Shown one piece after another: positions 1-8,136 of a DNA stretch of 64,000 bases (positions are counted from its first letter, which is position 1; every line of letters begins with the position of its first letter). This DNA is from Patescibacteria group bacterium (lineage in GTDB: Bacteria > Patescibacteriota > Gracilibacteria > UBA1369 > PNNO01). The notes below the pieces were generated by a model, which saw only the letters and a list, made by a program, of their open reading frames with translations, had not been told where the DNA came from and did not search any database. The position numbers and the translations under genes are program-made. The stretch spans positions 162,285-226,284 of the forward strand of contig JBHPIO010000001.1 of NCBI GenBank assembly GCA_042568575.1, written 5' to 3'.

Positions 1-4
1 ACAA

Positions 5-1072
5 ATGGTTAAAAAACCAAAAAAAATCGTTCCAGTAAAGAAAGTAAAAAAAAGGATTAAGAAAAGAAAATCTTTAAATTTTTTAAATAAATCAAAACAT
101 AATCCAATAATCGAACCCATAAAAGAAAATGGCTGGGAATCTTGGCAAACTTTTAATCCGGGTGTAATTCAAATTGATAATAAAGTATATTTTATTTATA
201 GAGCAATTGGTGAAGATGGAGTTTCCCGTTTTGGTTTTGCCGTATCCAATGATGGATTTGTTATTGAAGATCGTCTGCCTTATCCAATTTATGAACATAA
301 AACAAATGAAAGCAAATTTTATTATTATTCGTATCTATCAGGTGGCAGCTTTGGTGGATGCGAAGATCCCCGACTTGTGCAAATAGAAGGTGAAGATGAA
401 TTATATATATCTTATACTGCATGTGACAACGGTTTACGAATGGCTTTAAATTCAATTAAAATCGATGATTTTGAAAATCAGAAATGGAAATGGAAAGAAT
501 CTAAACTAATTTCACCACCACAGGAAGTTCACAAAAATTGGCTTATTTTCCCCGAAAAAATCAATGGGAAATATGCGCTTCTCCATAGTATTAAACCGGA
601 TATTCAAATAGAATACATGGAGGATTTAGAATTTAATAATGATTCATTTATTGAAAGTATATATAAGGCTGGTCCCCAAAAAGGATGTTGGGAAAAATGG
701 GTAAGAGGTGCTGGTCCCCCACCAATAAAGACTAAAGATGGGTGGCTATTATTTTATCATGCCATGGACGACGACTTTAGTAAGTACAAACTTGGTGTTA
801 TGCTGCTTGACCTTAAAGATCCCACCAAAGTTTTATATCGGGCAAAAGAACCTATTTTAGAACCAAATGAGACTTATGAAAATTGCGGTTACAAATCCGG
901 GGTTATTTATGCTTCCGGCACTATTGTAAAAGATGGCAATTTACTTGTATATTATGGTGGAGCTGATAGTTATGTTTGTGTAGCTTATGCACCACTTGGT
1001 AAATTTCTTAAAGCTTTGAAAGAAAATTCACATCCAGTCCTCAAAACGAAAAAATTAAGAACTAAAAAATAA
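5..1072 (+). CDS. GH130-family glycosidase/beta-mannoside phosphorylase-like protein with Lys-rich N-terminus
   Basis: Motifs FNPG, GCEDPRL, KNWLIFPEKING, GAGPPPIKTKDGWL, YYGGADSY are typical of GH130 beta-propellers. Confidence 0.85.
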   Translation: MVKKPKKIVPVKKVKKRIKKRKSLNFLNKSKHNPIIEPIKENGWESWQTFNPGVIQIDNKVYFIYRAIGEDGVSRFGFAVSNDGFVIEDRLPYPIYEHKTNESKFYYYSYLSGGSFGGCEDPRLVQIEGEDELYISYTACDNGLRMALNSIKIDDFENQKWKWKESKLISPPQEVHKNWLIFPEKINGKYALLHSIKPDIQIEYMEDLEFNNDSFIESIYKAGPQKGCWEKWVRGAGPPPIKTKDGWLLFYHAMDDDFSKYKLGVMLLDLKDPTKVLYRAKEPILEPNETYENCGYKSGVIYASGTIVKDGNLLVYYGGADSYVCVAYAPLGKFLKALKENSHPVLKTKKLRTKK

Positions 1073-1076
1073 TTTT

Positions 1077-2993
1077 ATGCTTGCTGAACGCTCTGAATCA
1101 AATCCAATTTTAAAACCTGATATTACTCATTCCTGGGAAGCAGAAGCTGTTTTTAATGGTTGCCCTATTAAAAAGGACGGGAAAACTTATTTTGTTTATC
1201 GTGCAACTTCTCTTCCTCATTTCCATAAGTTAGCTAATTCGCTACTTAAAGTATCAAATATAGGGATTGCAGAAAGTGACGATGGTGTTAATTTTGAAAA
1301 CCGTAAATGTTTTATTTCTCCCGAACATTCCTGGGAAAAATTCGGATGTGAAGATCCAAGAATTACTAAACTGGGAGCAAAATATTTTATTTTTTATACA
1401 GCTCTTAGTACCTACCCTTTCAATGCTGAAGGTATAAAAGTAGGAGTCGCTATTAGTAAAGATCTAAAAACAATTGAAAAAAAACATCTTGTCACACCTT
1501 TTAATGCTAAAGGTATGGCTCTTTTCCCAGAGAAAATTAATGGTAAAATCTGGTCAATTTTAACAGTTAACACCGATTCACCTCCATCGAAAATATGTCT
1601 AGCATCCTTTAATAATGAAGAAGAGATATGGAGTAAATCATATTGGGATGAATGGTATGAAAATTTTGAAAATCATTCACTCCCTTTTGTTAGAAGCCCT
1701 CAAGACCTTGTTGAAGTAGGTGCCCCGCCAATTAAAACAGCAAAAGGCTGGCTTATAATATATTCCTATATTAAAAATTATTTTTCAAATAATCCGCTTT
1801 TTGGAATTGAAGCAGTTCTTCTTGATCTTAAAGATCCTTTAACAATTATTGGTAAAACTACTGAGCCTTTTTTAACACCTGAGGAATATTATGAAAAAAT
1901 TGGAATTGTCCCAAATATTGTATTCCCCACGGGTGCATTGTTAGAAAAGAACAATATAAACCTTTATTACGGTGCAGCTGATACAACTTGTTGTTTAGCA
2001 GTTATTAACAAAAAAGCCTTACTAAATAAATTATTAAAAAAAGGAATATCAGGAAAATTAATAAGATCTAAGAACAATCCTATAATTGTTCCAGACGAAA
2101 CCCATCCATGGGAATCAAAAGCTACATTTAATCCTGCGGCACTTTGCATAGATGGTAAAGTGCATCTAATCTATCGGGCTTTATCTGGAGACAATACATC
2201 TGCTTTGGGATATGCAACCAGTAGTGATGGATATAATATCGACTATCGCAGCGAAAATCCTGTTTTTATCCCCATGGAACCTTTTGAGCTAAAAAAATCA
2301 CCTGGAAATAATTCCGGTTGTGAAGATCCCCGTCTTACATTAATTGGGGATACCATTTATATGCTTTATACTGCTTTTGACGGTGTGAATTTGCCTCGAG
2401 TAGCATTCACTTCAATTTCAGTAAAAAATTTTATTGATCAAAAATGGAATTGGGAAAAACCGGTTTTAATAACACCTCCTTATTTGGATGATAAAGATGC
2501 ATGCCTGTTTCCCGAAAAATTTAATGGAAAACATATAATTATACATAGATATGGTGATGATATGGATCTAGCTTTCCCCTCGGATTTAAATTTTGATGGT
2601 AAAACCTGGATTGAAGAATATAGATGGCTTTCTCCCAGAGCCGGTATGTGGGATAGTAAAAAAGTTGGAGTTTCAGCTCCCCCAATAAAAACTAAAAAAG
2701 GATGGATTCTTTTTTATCATGGGGTCTCCGATGATTCGTGTTATCGATTGGGTGCTGTACTGCTTGATCTAAAAGATCCGGTTAAAATTATCGCAAGGTC
2801 AGATGATCCAATTCTTGAACCGGAAATGTATTATGAAAAAGAAGGTATTGTAAAAAATGTAGTATTCCCGTGCGGCGCAGTTTTGAAAGATGATAAAATA
2901 TTCGTTTATTATGGAGGGGCTGATAAAGTTACAGGTGTTGCAACTATTAAACTGGAAAAACTCCTAAAGCATCTGAAAGCATGTAAAAGTTAA
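1077..2993 (+). CDS. Tandem two-domain GH130-family protein
   Basis: Two full motif sets (FNG/FNP, GCEDPR, PPIKTxKGW, YYGxAD) in one 638-aa ORF. Confidence 0.85.
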   Translation: MLAERSESNPILKPDITHSWEAEAVFNGCPIKKDGKTYFVYRATSLPHFHKLANSLLKVSNIGIAESDDGVNFENRKCFISPEHSWEKFGCEDPRITKLGAKYFIFYTALSTYPFNAEGIKVGVAISKDLKTIEKKHLVTPFNAKGMALFPEKINGKIWSILTVNTDSPPSKICLASFNNEEEIWSKSYWDEWYENFENHSLPFVRSPQDLVEVGAPPIKTAKGWLIIYSYIKNYFSNNPLFGIEAVLLDLKDPLTIIGKTTEPFLTPEEYYEKIGIVPNIVFPTGALLEKNNINLYYGAADTTCCLAVINKKALLNKLLKKGISGKLIRSKNNPIIVPDETHPWESKATFNPAALCIDGKVHLIYRALSGDNTSALGYATSSDGYNIDYRSENPVFIPMEPFELKKSPGNNSGCEDPRLTLIGDTIYMLYTAFDGVNLPRVAFTSISVKNFIDQKWNWEKPVLITPPYLDDKDACLFPEKFNGKHIIIHRYGDDMDLAFPSDLNFDGKTWIEEYRWLSPRAGMWDSKKVGVSAPPIKTKKGWILFYHGVSDDSCYRLGAVLLDLKDPVKIIARSDDPILEPEMYYEKEGIVKNVVFPCGAVLKDDKIFVYYGGADKVTGVATIKLEKLLKHLKACKS

Positions 2994-3004
2994 TGTTTTT
3001 TCAA

Positions 3005-3028
3005 TGGAGCTCCCTCCTGGGATCGAAC
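3005..3028 (-). pseudogene. 3' fragment of a tRNA (G53 to CCA), probably tRNA-Thr; att-like remnant
   Basis: Minus strand G-TTCGATC-CCAGG-AGGGAGC-T-CCA has exact T-loop/T-stem/acceptor/discriminator/CCA spacing; no 5' part upstream. Confidence 0.7.
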
Positions 3029-3166
3029 TGACTTTCATTATCCATTTTCAACCAGAACCCTGTTTTTCCGCATAAACCAAAGTACACTCCGTCGTACTTG
3101 ACTATCCGATTCTCTATGCTCATCGCATGTTTAGCATCATACGCAGATTCAAGTACAAACAGAAAC

Positions 3167-3195
3167 TTGACATACATCCCAACATAACGTATCGT
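3167..3195 (+). promoter_or_regulatory. sigma70 promoter TTGACA-N17-TATCGT
   Basis: Perfect -35 at 3167-3172, -10 at 3190-3195; predicted start about 3202 coincides with an ATG. Confidence 0.7.
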
Positions 3196-3201
3196 AGCCG
3201 C

Positions 3202-3252
3202 ATGATGAACGCAAAAAAAATCACAATTATATCTAACCATAAAACCTCTTAA
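3202..3252 (+). CDS. Putative leaderless leader peptide MMNAKKITIISNHKTS
   Basis: ATG at predicted TSS; stop lies between attenuator segments 1 and 2. Confidence 0.5.
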   Translation: MMNAKKITIISNHKTS

Positions 3253-3312
3253 TCTGAGGTCTGTTTGCATATCTAATATTTATTTAAGACCTCAGAATGA
3301 GGCCTTTTTTTT
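3244..3312 (+). terminator. Attenuator: alternative hairpins plus intrinsic terminator
   Basis: ACCTC(3244-48)/GAGGT; TCTGAGGTCT(3253-62)/AGACCTCAGA(3287-96); AAGACCTCA-GAA-TGAGGCC followed by T8 (3305-3312). Confidence 0.65.
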
Positions 3313-3462
3313 ATTATGAATGATTTAGTTATATTACAAAAAGTACATATATGGTGCGGTGATACGTGCTGTAAATTAATCCATCAAATCTGATAGTGAA
3401 AAATTTACAACCACGACACCTGCAAATTTGTATGTGTTTTTTTATTTATATAACTAATTATT

Positions 3463-4233
3463 ATGAATACTAGAGAAAAAATTGTTGGAATCCCCAAAAA
3501 CACACGTTTAAAGGAGGATGTCCAACCAATTCTTAATAAAGCATTAAAGCTGGAAGATTGTAATAATGGTATATGGCGAAGCCCCTTTCTTGATGACACA
3601 AGGTTTGTAGAAATGAAAATCGCTGACCTTATCATGGCTCTTAGAAGGCGATTTGTAGACCTTGCTCTTATTTCAGACGACAAAGGTTTGGAAGAAGAAG
3701 CTAAGCCAAAGAATGAAGAAAGGATGGAAAGATGTTTTGGACTTCGTATAGAGAAGCCACCTGTAATGAGAGCATTGGTGCGAGAAGAAGATAAGGATAA
3801 AATGACTGACAGAATCTTTGGGGCTTATTACAAAGAGCCTGTTTATAGCGGGGAGAAGGCGGTCACTTCCTATCCTGAGTTAATGCGTTATTATGTCAGG
3901 ACAAAACTCGGAAAACTTCTTCAAAGCTGCAATATCTGGAAGGTGGATGGCCAAGTGGAAAGCTTTATGAGAAATGGTGTATTGCCTAATACAGTTCTCG
4001 CTTATGACATTGTTAGAAGCGGCGATACTGCTCGAAAATTTGGACTTGTTCCAGTAGATGCTGATCAAACATGTGACCCAGCATATAAGGCTTATCCAAG
4101 TTTTTGGAGAAATGAAAGGCTTTTACCTTATCAGAAAAAATATATACAAAAAGTTTTACCTGAAATTATGCTTCGATTAGGTTCCGAGGTTGAAATTGAT
4201 AATAGGAACACAAGAGAAGTCTTAACGGGATAA
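3463..4233 (+). CDS. hisG: Divergent ATP phosphoribosyltransferase-like protein (short form, no C-terminal regulatory domain)
   Basis: GIPKNTRL, VDLALIS, AVTSYP, GQVE and DIVRSGDTARKFGL align with HisG motifs ALPKGRL, ADLGIT, VATKYP, GSVE, DLVSTGxTLxxNGL. Confidence 0.6.
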   Translation: MNTREKIVGIPKNTRLKEDVQPILNKALKLEDCNNGIWRSPFLDDTRFVEMKIADLIMALRRRFVDLALISDDKGLEEEAKPKNEERMERCFGLRIEKPPVMRALVREEDKDKMTDRIFGAYYKEPVYSGEKAVTSYPELMRYYVRTKLGKLLQSCNIWKVDGQVESFMRNGVLPNTVLAYDIVRSGDTARKFGLVPVDADQTCDPAYKAYPSFWRNERLLPYQKKYIQKVLPEIMLRLGSEVEIDNRNTREVLTG

Positions 4234-4243
4234 ACTGAATATA

Positions 4244-4272
4244 AAAAGGGCGTAGAAAATCTGCGCCCTTTT
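4244..4272. terminator. Bidirectional intrinsic terminator
   Basis: AAAAGGGCGTAG-AAAAT-CTGCGCCCTTTT between convergent genes. Confidence 0.8.
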
Positions 4273-4336
4273 GTAGTCACGAAAAGAGTTTTAACATCGT
4301 CATCCACTATTTTCAATAGAAACTCTATTGCGTAAA

Positions 4337-5080
4337 TCATCTACCTCTAAAAAAAGCTTCCTCCGCTTCATACAGGCGCCTTTGTTTTTCATCTAATTCA
4401 GCAAGTCTTTGCTTGGTTTCAAAGATTATAATCCTTGCACCCCCGGATTCTAAAGACTCAACACCCAGTTGAGGATAGAAATCGAATGATGCGTTATAGA
4501 GACCTCTCCCTCGCTGCCTTCCTGCTTCATTTGGTTGCAATAGTTTATCTCTATTTATTTCACCGGACATTAACTGTGTTATCTTTTCAATTAATACGGC
4601 AGCGGAATTAGGTTGCTCAATTGAACAAAGCACACAATCAACTCCAACTTTTGCGTTTACTATTATGCTACCTGTAGCACAATAATCACTTCCATGTTCA
4701 ATTGCGTTATAAAGAAATTCCAACACTAAACGAGGAAACCTTTCCTGATGGTGCTTCTGATTTTCGTCAAGCATTTCATACCACTGACGTATAGGTAAGT
4801 ACAATCTTAAAGCTACCAATCTTCCTAAATTTTCGTTAACTATTCCTAACTTTTCCTTTGCCATCAATCCTCCAGGAATATCATTGAAACGAATATCCTC
4901 TTCTAAAAGATTATTTGTATGAACAGCCACTCCACTTCTTAGAGCTTCATCAGCAATTGCACAAGTTTCTTTATAAAGTGAAACAACAAGGTCATCACTT
5001 GTGATTTCCAAAGCTGTGACCTGCTTCATATCACCAAGCTCCGATTCTGCCTCCTGTAATGTTAATTCTGGCTTAATCAT
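4337..5080 (-). CDS. GHKL/HATPase-fold protein, anti-sigma-factor (RsbW)-like, degenerate G1 box
   Basis: N-box EFLYNAIEHG and RGRGL present; DxGxG replaced by QPNSA; ATG at 5080 preferred over TTG at 5086. Confidence 0.55.
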   Translation of the reverse strand: MIKPELTLQEAESELGDMKQVTALEITSDDLVVSLYKETCAIADEALRSGVAVHTNNLLEEDIRFNDIPGGLMAKEKLGIVNENLGRLVALRLYLPIRQWYEMLDENQKHHQERFPRLVLEFLYNAIEHGSDYCATGSIIVNAKVGVDCVLCSIEQPNSAAVLIEKITQLMSGEINRDKLLQPNEAGRQRGRGLYNASFDFYPQLGVESLESGGARIIIFETKQRLAELDEKQRRLYEAEEAFFRGR

Positions 5081-5186
5081 GATCAAATAAAAAAAGAATA
5101 GGTTTCATCATATCCATTTTTGGATTGATGTCAACTTTCTGGTATAATGTCTTTTGGTGTATATAAATTTTAACTTTTCACTTATC

Positions 5187-6599
5187 ATGAAATCTTTTAG
5201 CAAAATCTCTTTAGGCCTTATTGTGAGCATCCTTTTTGTAAGCATGTTTTCAGGATGTGCGGATATCACTAAATCAAAAGATTACAAAACTTATAAGCTC
5301 AAATATCAGGTAAATCTCACAAATATATCTGATGAGGAAAAAGAGGAAGCTGTTAAAAAAACTCAAAGTCTGATTAATAAACGTATTCATTCATTTGATG
5401 TAGCTAATGTTAACTTAACTCGAGAAACTGAAGGAGAAAAAACTGTTATTGCTGCAGAATTTGGGACTATTGATGATGTTAATGAAGTAAAACAAGAGAT
5501 CTCGCGAAACGACACGCTTGTTATAAGAACTCAAGTTGAAGTTCCTGAAGACTATCAAGAAACGCTTAAGGAGAAAGCACAATCAACGTTGCAAACTCTT
5601 TTAGATGGAGCAGATTTCGAAAGTACTGCTCAAAACGATGTATTAAGTGATCCAGAACGAATTTTGTATTCTACTGGTAAAGATATGTACAGAGATGAAA
5701 TTAAAGAAGTGTTCGCGGAAAAATTATTTGATATGGAACCGGGAACAGTATATAGCGAATTAATTGAATATGATGAATTTGGAGGTCCGCTCGCACCTCC
5801 TATTCCAGTAGCAGCAATAATAAAACTAATAGATAAGAAAGAAGTTGATAGAATAACTGAGTATGCAAAAGAAGTTAAATCTAGTCACATACTTATTGCT
5901 TACCAAGATGCTATGCGTGCGTCTGAAGAAGTAACACGTTCAAAAGAGGAAGCCTTCGCATTTGCAGAGGAAATTAAAAGAAGAGTAGATAATAGTGAAG
6001 ATTTCGTACTTCTTGCAAGAGAATACTCTGATGACGCTTCAAATAAAATGAGTGGTGGAGTTTTAGAAACTCCAGCAGGACACGGAATATATGCAGAGCA
6101 GTTTGAAATAGCTGCTTTAGCACTAGAAGAAGATGGGCAAATTTCTGAAATCACAGAAACACAATTTGGATATCACATAATTAAAGCTGAAAAAGTAACT
6201 CCTTATTCCGAAGACTCACATAAAGAAATCCAAGTGAGCTTCGGCATCCTATTTTATGCATTACTTGAACCAAAATGGGAAAACACTGAATTAACAGGAG
6301 AGTACTTAAAGAAAGCAGAAACTTTTTATAACGAGGATTACGATCCATATACTATTATAACTTTCAACAGGGAAGGAAAAGAACTTCTAGAAAAAGTAAC
6401 CGATGAAAACTACAACGAAATTATTGCAGTATTCACAGGTCAAAAACTTCGAACAAGCTTTATTGTTGAGAATGTTAATTATTCTGGAGAAATAAAAATC
6501 CTCCAACCTTCTACAACAAAAGAAGCTGACGAACTATTAGAAGCTCTATATTTAGAACCGCTGCCAGCTCCAATCATTTTGATTGAAGAGGAAGCTTAG
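5187..6599 (+). CDS. Lipoprotein: SecD periplasmic P1-like domain with inserted parvulin (PpiC) PPIase domain(s)
   Basis: Lipobox FSGC; SSHILIAY, FVLLAREYSDD, TQFGYHIIK parvulin motifs; LTGEYLKKA and LPAPIILIEE are SecD P1-like. Confidence 0.7.
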   Translation: MKSFSKISLGLIVSILFVSMFSGCADITKSKDYKTYKLKYQVNLTNISDEEKEEAVKKTQSLINKRIHSFDVANVNLTRETEGEKTVIAAEFGTIDDVNEVKQEISRNDTLVIRTQVEVPEDYQETLKEKAQSTLQTLLDGADFESTAQNDVLSDPERILYSTGKDMYRDEIKEVFAEKLFDMEPGTVYSELIEYDEFGGPLAPPIPVAAIIKLIDKKEVDRITEYAKEVKSSHILIAYQDAMRASEEVTRSKEEAFAFAEEIKRRVDNSEDFVLLAREYSDDASNKMSGGVLETPAGHGIYAEQFEIAALALEEDGQISEITETQFGYHIIKAEKVTPYSEDSHKEIQVSFGILFYALLEPKWENTELTGEYLKKAETFYNEDYDPYTIITFNREGKELLEKVTDENYNEIIAVFTGQKLRTSFIVENVNYSGEIKILQPSTTKEADELLEALYLEPLPAPIILIEEEA

Positions 6600-6601
6600 A
6601 A

Positions 6602-7483
6602 CTATTCAATCGTTTTCTGATAACTAGCAAATGCTGAGTTAATAGCTTCAACGGGAATGACGTATGATGTCCCCTCTTCTAGGGAATCAAAATCCAAGAC
6701 CATTCCTGTGACCTCTCCTCCCAAATTCACAACAGGCCCACAATGAAGGGATGAATCTATCTCGAAATCTACATACATGAATTCATTTGGGAATAATCTT
6801 TTTGATACCCTTGGAGTTTTATGAATGAGATTTGAAATAATTCCAGACTTAACATGCGTTTTAGCACTTGCATCATTTCCAAAAGAAAGGATCTTTTGCC
6901 CAAGCTCAACTACATTTTCCGAAAAAGGAAGTGTTTGAAAATATGATGTGTCTTCTTCAGCATTTATTGCTAAAAATGCAATGTCATCAAAAGAATCATT
7001 ATAAACGACATTTGCACTATATTCTGTTCCATCATCAGTTAGAAGTTGCCATCTTGCTTGCGAGCCAACAAGGCTGCTGCAAGTCGCAATCAACCCATCA
7101 TTACTAATAATAAAACCCGTTCCTCCAACTACATTTCCAGAAGGATAATTTGAAATTGCCTTCCCCTGGAGATAAAACTGATCACTTGTTTGAGAAACAA
7201 AAAGATCGCTATCCGAAACCTCAACAGATCCTGCATAAAGTGTAACCAACGATGGCGTAACTTTCTTAACTGCATCGATAATAAGAGACTCTTCAACAAA
7301 AGTGTGCTCTTCGATTACTCTTTTAACTATTGGTGAATTTTCTTCCTGCTCCTGTATAAAATTACTAAAAAGGTACGCAATAATATATTCGTTCGTAATG
7401 ATCCCTCCAATTAATCCGAAAATAATACTAACTACAATGCATACTCCTATTATTTTTGTTCGTGACGGTTGTTTGTTACTCAT
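6602..7483 (-). CDS. Membrane-anchored HtrA/trypsin-like protein with degenerate catalytic triad, no PDZ
   Basis: N-terminal TM; GTGFIISNDGLIATCSSLV, DDIAFL, IDSSLHCGPVVNLGGEVTGM. Confidence 0.75.
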   Translation of the reverse strand: MSNKQPSRTKIIGVCIVVSIIFGLIGGIITNEYIIAYLFSNFIQEQEENSPIVKRVIEEHTFVEESLIIDAVKKVTPSLVTLYAGSVEVSDSDLFVSQTSDQFYLQGKAISNYPSGNVVGGTGFIISNDGLIATCSSLVGSQARWQLLTDDGTEYSANVVYNDSFDDIAFLAINAEEDTSYFQTLPFSENVVELGQKILSFGNDASAKTHVKSGIISNLIHKTPRVSKRLFPNEFMYVDFEIDSSLHCGPVVNLGGEVTGMVLDFDSLEEGTSYVIPVEAINSAFASYQKTIE

Positions 7484-7560
7484 TTTAAGTTGATTAAAGT
7501 GCCTCAAAATTTTAGTGACAAAAAACTATTAAAGCAATGTTTAAATGTTATACTGAAAAT

Positions 7561-8127
7561 ATGAACGATGCCGCACAAAAAGACATAATCAGAAAAAATA
7601 TTAATGAAAAGCGCAAAAAGCTTGATCCCTTTAATAAAAATAAATTTGATAGGAAGATTTTTGAAGTGCTTCTTCAGCTTCCGGAATGGAAAAATGCAAA
7701 AAACATCCTTATGTATGTATCCCATTCTTATGAAGTAGATACACACATGCTGATAAGAACTCATTTGGACGAAAAAAACATTGTCGTCCCAAAAACACAC
7801 AAGATTGATAACACTCTTATTCTTCACAAAATAAGTACATTTAATGAACTTAAAAAAGGAAACTTCAAGATTTTAGAGCCAGTTTCTCATACAAAAAAGA
7901 TTGATCCAAAAGATATTGATCTTGCGGTAATTCCGGGAGTTGCATTTGATCTAAAAGGCCAAAGAGTCGGATATGGAAAGGCGTATTATGACAATCTCAT
8001 CCCTAATTTAAACTGCAGGAAAATTGGTCTTGCATATAGCTTCCAAATTGTTGACAATGTTCCTGCCGAAAAGCACGATCAACCAGTAGATTTGTTAATC
8101 ACGGAAGATCAAACCCATATATTTTAA
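7561..8127 (+). CDS. ygfA: 5-formyltetrahydrofolate cyclo-ligase
   Basis: EVDT and DLAVIPGVAFDLKGQRVGYGKAYYD signature; HDQPVD. Confidence 0.92.
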   Translation: MNDAAQKDIIRKNINEKRKKLDPFNKNKFDRKIFEVLLQLPEWKNAKNILMYVSHSYEVDTHMLIRTHLDEKNIVVPKTHKIDNTLILHKISTFNELKKGNFKILEPVSHTKKIDPKDIDLAVIPGVAFDLKGQRVGYGKAYYDNLIPNLNCRKIGLAYSFQIVDNVPAEKHDQPVDLLITEDQTHIF

Positions 8128-8136
8128 TCACTAATC

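Noticed and set aside
3001-3270. 89-aa minus-strand ORF
   Set aside because: Overlaps the tRNA fragment, promoter and attenuator; no recognisable motif.
3316-3345. MNDLVILQKV resembles the start of Avd/four-helix-bundle proteins (DGR)
   Set aside because: Only about 10 residues; no reverse transcriptase or template/variable repeat pair seen in the window.
7484-7560. 6S RNA upstream of ygfA, as in many bacteria
   Set aside because: Only 77 nt of divergent-promoter DNA; no room or structure.
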